Shown here: one piece after another, positions 55,473-64,000 of the stretch
Layout: the number at the start of each line of letters is the position of its first letter
Position numbering within the stretch: the stretch's first letter is position 1
NCBI GenBank assembly: GCA_964016885.1
Contig: OZ024742.1
Coordinates: 80,414,001-80,478,000, forward strand
DNA length: 64,000 nucleotides
Reading direction: 5' to 3'
Source: Eledone cirrhosa
Lineage: Eukaryota
The notes under the pieces: model-generated
The model's database searches: none
Told to the model about the DNA's origin: nothing
What the model saw: the letters and a program-made list of their open reading frames with translations, nothing else
Position numbers and translations under genes: made by a program

Positions 55473-57846
55473 TATAACATGTGATTGTAAGTTCATTATT
55501 TACATCAACGTATCACTCAAGACTAGCAGTTTGAAATTGTGGTATACATCAGCAGCTCCGCTTGTATATTTGGGGTCTATATTCTAAGGGGGCTCTTTTA
55601 TACTAGTTGTCGGAGTCAGGGATTGAAGGTTAAAAAATAGATAATTTATAATTTTGCATTAAAAGACTTGGGATCTCGTAGAAGCACCTTAAACAATCCC
55701 TCAATAAGTGCATAAAGCTTACAAGTCACAATAAAGTTAACAAACTAGAAGAGATTAAGAGACTAATAAAATGAAACAGAATAAAAAAATAAAAATAAAA
55801 ATATAAAGTTTCCCTAAAAAAATATAAAGTTTCCTAAGAAATTCCTTCGAGAGAAAAACATTTTTTTCGAAAGAAATAAACTTTCTTCCCCAGAGATCAC
55901 GTTAAAAAATTTCAGAATATTTACGAAGATTTGATAATCCCTACTAAATTGAAGGAAACCAATCAATTAAAGGTTAATTCAAAAAGCCTTCAATAAATCC
56001 CTCAGAAAAGGCATGGAATATATATTTTCTGCTAGTCACCCCGTATAATATGATACCCCAAGATTCCATGCATGAGATTCACCGAACCATGCGCAGTCTT
56101 AACCGGGAGATGACATGCGAACTTGAAAATACCACAAGAGAGACCCTTTGGATAGCGTAGACGCCGGACCATACCCGCAAATATTAACCCTGATCTGTCT
56201 TGAATATACATGGCTGACGGAATATGGATAACACGACCACCATCTAAGCTGGAACCGACCCATACAGCAAACAAAGAGGGGACAGCCCTTCGCATTTGAC
56301 CAGTCGCGTGTGTGCTTGGAGTTCGTAATATACCCCCCCCCCCCCAGTCAAATCCACACTGTTTTTTTACCAATATAGCATGTAAACCAATACATCCTAT
56401 GCAGCGAGACCTTGGATTTAGAACCGCCAGGCTGATCTATCGCAAACGCGTGCAATCCCCGAAACTAAAAGATCGAACGGATCACACCCAGCAACCACAA
56501 GCTATTTGATCCACAGGTACATTTCCCAGAGAGTCCACGCAGCTGATAGTGAATCCCAGTTGATTCGTGAACTCTGAACTTTTAAACAAGACCAACTGTG
56601 CCTGGAGCTATGCAGATGACTACATACGCATAATGGATATCGCGCCCACAAGGTCACCTGTATTGTTCATCCTGCTGTATATGTGTAAAGTATCCGTGCG
56701 TGGGATATCCCTGAGTACATTTTCTTGACTATCAATTGTTAATTGATTGTTTGTTAATTAGGCAGGAATATACCATTACGTCTTTGTTAATCCTATGTGT
56801 TGCTGTATGTGTGTAAAGTATCCGAGCGCGGGATATCCCTGAGCTAATTTTGCTTGACTGTTAATTGTTTATTGATTATTTGTTAGTTAGGCAGGGATAT
56901 ATTATTATGTCTTGGTTAATCCTGTATCAATAATTTTATAATAATTTTTTGATAGTACATTATTAGATTACTGAAGCTACCTTATACCTTCTTAAAAATA
57001 CATTTTATAATTATTATTTTTTGCTTATGTATTTTCTTACTTATCATTTTCTTTATCTTGCCCAACTTGATAAGCTCTTTGAATTGCTCCCTAATTAAAT
57101 TACTTAAATTACTTAAATTATTTTATCTATTATACCTAAGTTGTATCTGTTGAAGCAGCCCTTTGAAAATTCCTCGGATATCCCAAATACCGTAATTTTT
57201 TAACTTTTAATTTATAATTTTCCTCAATTCGTTTATATATATCCTTAAAGGCTCTCTAAAATTTTAATTCTTCGAAGGGTCTCTCGGAGGAGGTTCCTAT
57301 TGAAAATATTAAAGGCGCCTTTTCTGAGGGATTTATTGAAGGCTTTTTGAATTAACATTTAATTGATTAGTTTCCTTCAATTTAGTAGGGATTATCAAAA
57401 CTTCGTAAATTTTCTGAAATTTTTTAACGTGATCTCTGGGGAATTTTTTTTTCTTTCTAAAAAAATTTTTTTCTCTCGAAGGAATTTCTTAGGAAACTTT
57501 ATATTTTTTTAGGGAAACTTTATATTTTTATTTTTTATTTTTTTTATTTTATTAGTCTCTTAATCTCTTCTAGTTTGTTAAGTTTATTGGGACTTGTAAG
57601 CTTTATGCACTTATTGAGGGATTTTTTAAGGTGCATCTACGAGATCCCAAGTCTTTTAATGCGTAAATTATAAATTATCTAATTTTTAACCTTCAATCCC
57701 TGACTCCGACAACTAGTATAAAAGAGCCCCCTTAGAATATAGACCCCAAATATACAAGCGGAGCTGCTGATGTATGCCACAATTTCAAACTGCTAGTCTT
57801 GAGTGATACGTTGATGTAAATAATGAACTTACAATCACATGTTATA

Positions 57847-57893
57847 TGCCTTGAAAAATCCCATCATATGGTCGGACGAAACGGCTGTCGGCA
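57847..57893 (+). ncRNA. Hammerhead motif, U3-A8 core (inverted pLTR)
   Basis: TGCC TTGAAAA ATCC..GGAC GAAA CGGCTG TC GGCA. Confidence 0.68.
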
Positions 57894-57937
57894 ATAAACT
57901 TGTTATAATGTCATAATAGTTCCTTTGTTCTTTTTCA

Positions 57938-57994
<57 letters not shown>

Positions 57995-58692
57995 TTATTA
58001 AAATTACAGATTAATGTTTAAGCAAATAATCGCTGCTTTCTCCCTTAACGGGATCTTCTGAAACTAACAAAGTCAATCTGTGAACGCAGAAGTGAATGTT
58101 TCAAAAAACGTTGCTACCGGAGGTAGACAGGAAGACGATTCTTTGGTTCGTGGAAACGTTCTCTGGCAAAGAACGGGAAAAAACGAATATAATACGTCAT
58201 TATTTGGAGCGCTGAAAACAATTACACGCAAAGACAAAACCACGTTAATGGTATTAAAGAATTAGTAGATTAATATTCTATTATGTGGTTTATAGAGACG
58301 TTCTCTGCCAATGAACGGAAAAAACGAAGATAATACGTCATATGTGGAGCGGTGAGAACAATTGCACGCAAAGACCAAACCACGTATATGGTATATCTGA
58401 AGTCGTAGACTAAAATTCTAACTAGGAAACCGAATAATTCCCGGCTTCAGAGTTAAGAATAAAGTAAATAAAATACAGAGGTAAATGAAATTAAATAAAT
58501 ACATACACCTATTCATATACGTACATACACAAGCATACGCGGAAACACTCGCCATAGGTATACAAATACACGCACGTACATAAAAAAAACAAAAAAAACC
58601 GCACTCACATACAGAACCCACTCAACGTCTGTACCCGCACGCCTACCAATGTCTACACCAAATATACATAAAAATATTTATATATATAAAAA

Positions 58693-58723
<31 letters not shown>

Positions 58724-61290
58724 TGTGTGCGTGTATACATATAATTAAATAAACGTACATAAATAAATAAATACGTATATAACAAGCGCACACACATACC
58801 GACATGTAAATACACTTATGTTCGGAGACGTACGTCAAACAAAACACGATGTACACATATACACACACCCTACATACGTACGAACCCGCATACTCACACA
58901 GACACAAAACTCACGTATGCACATAACCAAAAGCATATGTACCAGAAAAAATAATATATACGCCATAACATACAAAATCAAATATACGTACGAGAAAGTA
59001 TACGTACCTTCACAAAACATACAGGTAATATATACTTACCTATACAAATAAGTAATGGTATAAACATAACATCTACTTAGCTACGACATCAAACCGTAAA
59101 ATATCCGCGTATAGTTCGTACTATCCGTTAGGGTATAATGTTGTGCTGTAATACAGGAAAGTTTTGTGCAATTTATGTTTACAAGCCGAAATTGCCTCGG
59201 ATTTTTTTGTTTAAGATGTGGTCTTTGGCGTAGAGTATTTCCATGGTCTCAGTGGCGCAGAGGTCACATGGTCTTGTATATCCGTTATACGATCTAGCCC
59301 TAGCTAGGATCTCCCAGTGTAAATTATATTGGGTGTGGTTGTCTTTTAGAGTCCAGATATACGCTGAAAGTGACGTCATATTCCTTCTTAAAGGGTAACG
59401 AAAAGAATGGGTATGCATGTAAAGACACTGCTTGAATCTATTGGCGGTTAACTGTATGTAGGCCTATGGGACGTGGTGTTTCAACCTTACATTTGTAGAC
59501 AATGTTACTAGAGGGCATTTCCCGGATAGGGGACAGTCAACCGGATTCCTACAATTACAGTTAGTACTAAATACAGGGTTGCCCGTGATCTACGGCTAAG
59601 TAGTTTAGCTAAATTTGAAGCTGTGATGTTATGTGCAAGGTTAGGAGTCGTATAGTAAGACATTTTAATAGTATTTCTATAAAAATGTTACTATATTTAT
59701 GTGTAGGTGGAAAATGCTTCATAATAAGGGAGAGACAGGTCTTAGCTAATGGTGTGGCCACCTCCATATTATATGGTGGGTTATACCATATAATGCGTCG
59801 GGATCTATTTCTTCTAGGTCTATTCTCGTACTCTGTATATGCTACCTTATCGACAAATCCACTCCAAGCAAGTGCTTCATTGTAATATGTGGAATGGTCG
59901 TTGAAATTATGCTCGTTAGTAGATAGACGGGAAAGCCTCAAAGAAACGTTTCTTACCAGTTTCTTGGTTATGCTGGCAGGATGGTTAGATTGCTTACTTA
60001 TGTAATTAAGCGTATCATTCGTCTGTCTATACGGGTAATGCAAGCCATTCGATAAATTGAGGGTAACGTCGAGGTAATTAACGACCGAGAGGTGGGCCTC
60101 AACCTCTATGGAGAGGTTGAAGCCTTTAAAGAAGGCTGTGAGTTCTTTTCTGAATCTGTCGCAAGCACGTGGGCCGCACTTAGTTATGGTCAAAAGACTA
60201 TCATCGGTACAAACCACCACCGCCCACGTTGGGGAATTCTTCCTTGATAGAGAAAAGAAGGAAAAGGCCGATATGATCAGTAACCTCCGCAGAATCGCTG
60301 GCGCCCATACTCACGTCGAATGGGGTACTATTAGATCTTTTAATCCAAATAGAATTTTCGAAATTAATCACCGACTTACGGGTATTGAGGGTGTTATCAA
60401 CTTCGAAATCCTTAACCACTGTGAGTGTTTTCGCGAAATTGATAGCTCTGAGGAGAAGTGGTAAAGCGATGGGGGAGTTGTAATTATTGATGTCGAATTG
60501 GATAAAACGGCAATTTTCCTTGTTGCATATGCCGTTGAACCAATCAATCACCGCGAAAGAATTGTTCCACAGTGTAAGAGGGGCCAAACTTCTAATTTCA
60601 GGAATATTTCTATCAAGAATCCTTTTACTAAGTCTACCTAAATCGGACTTCGTAGGGTTAATAAGCGGAATAGAGGGGTTGTTCGGAAAATTGGATTTGT
60701 GATCCTTCAGGGTAAAATGGGGAGAAATAATGTGCAGAGGTACAATCCGGTCCAGGATGTTGAGATCAGAGGTGATTTTAAAACCAGCATCGTTGATTTC
60801 ATTAATGACGCTCTGAATTGTTTTACGGTAATCCTTAGTTACAGCATTATGTAGCAGTTGATGGTAAGTACTGTGTTCCACTTGATATAGATTGCCAGTT
60901 TTGTCGGAATGGACGTGCACGGCATTAGAATCCTTAATAGAACGAATTCTATTCTTCGGGTCCTGCTGAAAGGAATTGCCCCTATTCCGAAATTTGATAC
61001 TCCGTATGAGTTCCAAGACATCATTTTCGAAGGGTTGCAATGCTGGGTTACTCGGAGGGTTATTATAGGTTTTAAATCTAAATTTATCCTGTTTGTTGTT
61101 TGCTGTTCCCTGATTATCGGAATAAAAGGCACGCCAACGCAACCTTTTAATGAAGGCGTCTGTTTTCTTTATCAGCAGTTTTAGGTATGTTTTCCTGCTT
61201 GGTACGGGTATGTTCTTTGTAGAAATATTCAGATGTTGTTTCTGCATGATGAATATAAGTCAATAGAGTGCTCAACCGAAGGAGCCAAAT
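57995..61290 (-). mobile_element. Hydra-like PLE, near full-length decayed ORF (61247 to ~59170)
   Basis: STKNIPVP, KRLRWRA, SDKTGNLY, TLKDHK, LYR(DD), NYLDVT, WYNPPY, CNC...CPL, CDLCATE; ~140-bp tandem repeat at 58153-58420 in the 3' UTR. Confidence 0.88.
58016..58064 (-). ncRNA. Hammerhead motif with a conventional hairpin helix III (U4A)
   Basis: GUUU CAGAAGA UCCC-GUUAA-GGGA GAA AGCAG-loop-UUGCU U AAAC. Confidence 0.62.
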
Positions 61291-61305
61291 AGTAATAATA
61301 ATAAT

Positions 61306-61401
<96 letters not shown>

Positions 61402-61416
61402 GGATAGATAGATATA

Positions 61417-64000
61417 TTTTTTTATTTGCCACAGGGGCCTACAAAAATGAGACATTACAAGGCATGACGGCGGGGTTTTACATAAAGTTCATATAACTTT
61501 AACATTATTAAATAACAATAAATTATATATAATAAAATAACAATTGAAATCCCCAATAGGGGAAAACGTTACTGCAGGGTTCTGCTACACACCGAGGATA
61601 GAACGACCCTCAACACCAGGAACACGTTTTGTAGGTGTTCCCGTGTTCCCTCTTTTTATCTTCCTCAACCTACAGGTTTATATACAGAGAAGGCACATTC
61701 ACTCGGGCCATTTTCGCCGCATTCAACCAGCTTTCAGTGAATTTACTGGGGTGTAGCACCTCTCTCTCCACTCTCACCTTCCCTCTGAAGTGGTACTTAA
61801 AGAAGGGTATAGGTTATTGTCCGTAGAGAAAGGTGTTTGCCCGCAGTCCTTTTAACCTCGTCCACCATATTATCTCTTTCGCCATAGCCACCAGACAGAG
61901 GAAAATCGCCTCTCCTTCCTTCTTAAATGAAGGCGGCGGGTTGATCCTCACGATGGATTCGGCTGAGAACTGGATGTGTCCCACACATGAGAGTAGCTGT
62001 TCGACATAATTCCACAGGTCGGTCACCCCTGGGCACTGAACAATCGTGCAGAACGCTTTTGATGTCCTGCTTGCATCTTGGACAGGTCCTTTTGGTAGGA
62101 TCTCTGCCAGGGCGTCAGTTACTGTACATGTTGTCTCGAACTGGTAGAACTCCTCGTTAGCACTGCCAGGCCAGATATCTCTGGAAGTTATCCATAGGCC
62201 ATGGACGGAAAGTCCTCCCGAACAGACTGGTTAGTTCGTCCTCTTCGATACCTAAGCTTTCCCCGAGAACGTCGTCCCACATATCCTCCACTACTCCCCC
62301 AAAGAATGTCGAAGTGGAGTCTCCGCTGATTGTCGTTTCTGCTTGGTGGAGGGGTGTGAATGCTTGAAGGCACTCGAGGTACCCGGCACACGTTTTCGGT
62401 TGTCGCTTGACCCAGGACTGCAGCTCTGTTAGTGAGACGAGTTGTAGAAGAGCTTGTCTCACAAACGAGAGCCACACCGGTTCACCTGTCAGGAATACCT
62501 GGGTGAGTGCAAACACCATCAACCTGACCTTGTTCCAGTTCTTGACCTCCTGAAGGTCTGGACCAAACCAGACCCCGATCAATTTCACCGGTCTTTCCGT
62601 CCTGTGTCCAACGACACTGTCGGAGGGCATGGGTTTGCCTCTCCATGTGCCGATGGTACACCGAAAGACTTGTTCTCATCTTTTCTGATCAGCGTTATTA
62701 CGCCTCACCCTACAGAACTAGGAATTCTCTCGTTCTGCTGCCAGTTGCAGTAGACCGCTTCGAGGACGCCAGAGAACAAGTCTGGCATGCCTATGTAAAA
62801 CTCATAGGATAGACCATCTAAACCGGGTAATTTGCGTTTCCCGCAGCGGCCTAGGGATCTTCTATTTCGCCCGCTGTGATCGGCCCTTCGCAACTCTCTG
62901 CATCGGTGCTCGAGAGTCGTGGTACGCCGTTGAGGTAGGAGCTGAAGTCCATCACCTCCCTCGACGTACCGCTTTGCCCGAACAGTTGTGCAAAATGCTG
63001 CTGGAAGGCGGTGCACATCTGCTTGGATTCAATTAGAACGCGTCCATCTTTGTCTTGCAAAGACCGAATTGTGGATTTGTTGCCACTTTTCGCCTCTGCC
63101 ACGCGGGCCCAGCTAACAGCTTTGTCTCCCTCGTTTCTGACAATACCACCTTCGTTTTTCACGATGGAGAACTGGTCTAGTGCCGTTCTCGCCGCTAGCA
63201 CGTCAGATGTACTGCCATTCCAAAGTGCCTCTTCTACTTTAGCTACCAGTTCCTTTTCGGTTTTTATTTTTGTCTAAAGCTACTTCCTTGCTAAATGCTA
63301 TCGATTCTATTCTATTTGCTCTCTTGAGAGAGATCCACCATCTGTTGTTGACGATCGCCTCCGTCAACTGGCACTTAAGTAAGGTGCTAATCCGTTTACT
63401 GTAGGCCTTACGCACCGGTGGTGACATGTATACATTCCATTATCCGGGTCCCTGCCTATGTGTTCTATCAAGGTCGACTATGCAGGTGACTAATTTGTGG
63501 TCTGAATAGGCAACCATATGCATTTGTGGACAGCTTGATGTTTCGTTATCATTCTGTCTAATTAAAATCTATCTAAATACGATCTAGAAGACCCAGTACG
63601 GTTGCTCTACGTCCACACTGGTGCAATTGGGAAGTCTAGACGATGTCTATCAGCCAGTTGGAATTCACTGATGAGATTTTTTAGGCTATTACACCTTCTC
63701 TATTATCACAAGCTACTACATATTCCCAACGTGCGTCTAAAATGCGCCCCCCCCATCCGCTAACACTAACGAGCGAGACGTTCCAGGAATGGCTCCAGAC
63801 GCGTGAAGAACTCTGGTGACGTTGTCCCAGTCGGGGTATATACGGCCACCAGTCTGAAAGCTCCACCTTCACTACCATTCCAAGTTTTTTCGAAACAGGA
63901 CTGCAACTCTCCCTCCACCTACTGGCTGACAGAGAGATGCGCAGAACTCGAAATCATCGAACATGGGGGTTAGCTGCTGCCTTCGTGAATCCTGGACATG
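61417..64000 (-). mobile_element. Second Tx1-family copy, decayed, RT core deleted, runs off the window
   Basis: Translations are colinear with 3440-6750 (EG.KAVSWARV.EAKSG..STIRSL.D; LVSLTELQSWVK; PPP.FK.EGEA.FLC); same GTGGCAAATAAAAAAA 3' end. Confidence 0.9.

Larger units (their letters stand above)
49984..57944 (-). mobile_element. Large Hydra-like PLE with tandem and inverted pseudo-LTRs
   Basis: 49984-50699 is directly repeated at 55295-56012; 50090-51990 is inverted at 56011-57944; flanked by (TA)n on both sides. Confidence 0.92.

Noticed and set aside
58153-58420. Spaced repeats as a CRISPR-like array
   Set aside because: Only two ~140-bp tandem units in a eukaryotic PLE UTR; no repeat-spacer pattern

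Overview
Repeat-saturated, AT-rich animal DNA with no host protein-coding gene that I can support. The SINE family and microsatellite style suggest a coleoid cephalopod (octopus-like); this is inference. Contents: two Tx1/L1-clade LINEs (one near full length), a near-intact R4/Dong-type restriction-endonuclease LINE, CRE and RTE fragments, at least six Penelope-like element (PLE) copies or fragments, Helitron pieces, two decayed mariners and six tRNA-SINE copies. The PLEs include a Neptune-type copy and several Hydra-like copies, one an ~8 kb tandem-plus-inverted structure. The most striking non-coding signal, found by manual folding, is about 20 type-I hammerhead ribozyme (HHR)-like motifs. 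They occur at PLE 3' ends, in short fold-back elements and in two ORF-less tandem units (487 and 711 nt spacing) that resemble retrozymes. Many have family-specific palindromic helix III sequences, and two families carry the compensatory U3-A8 core. All structures were read by eye and none is experimentally verified.
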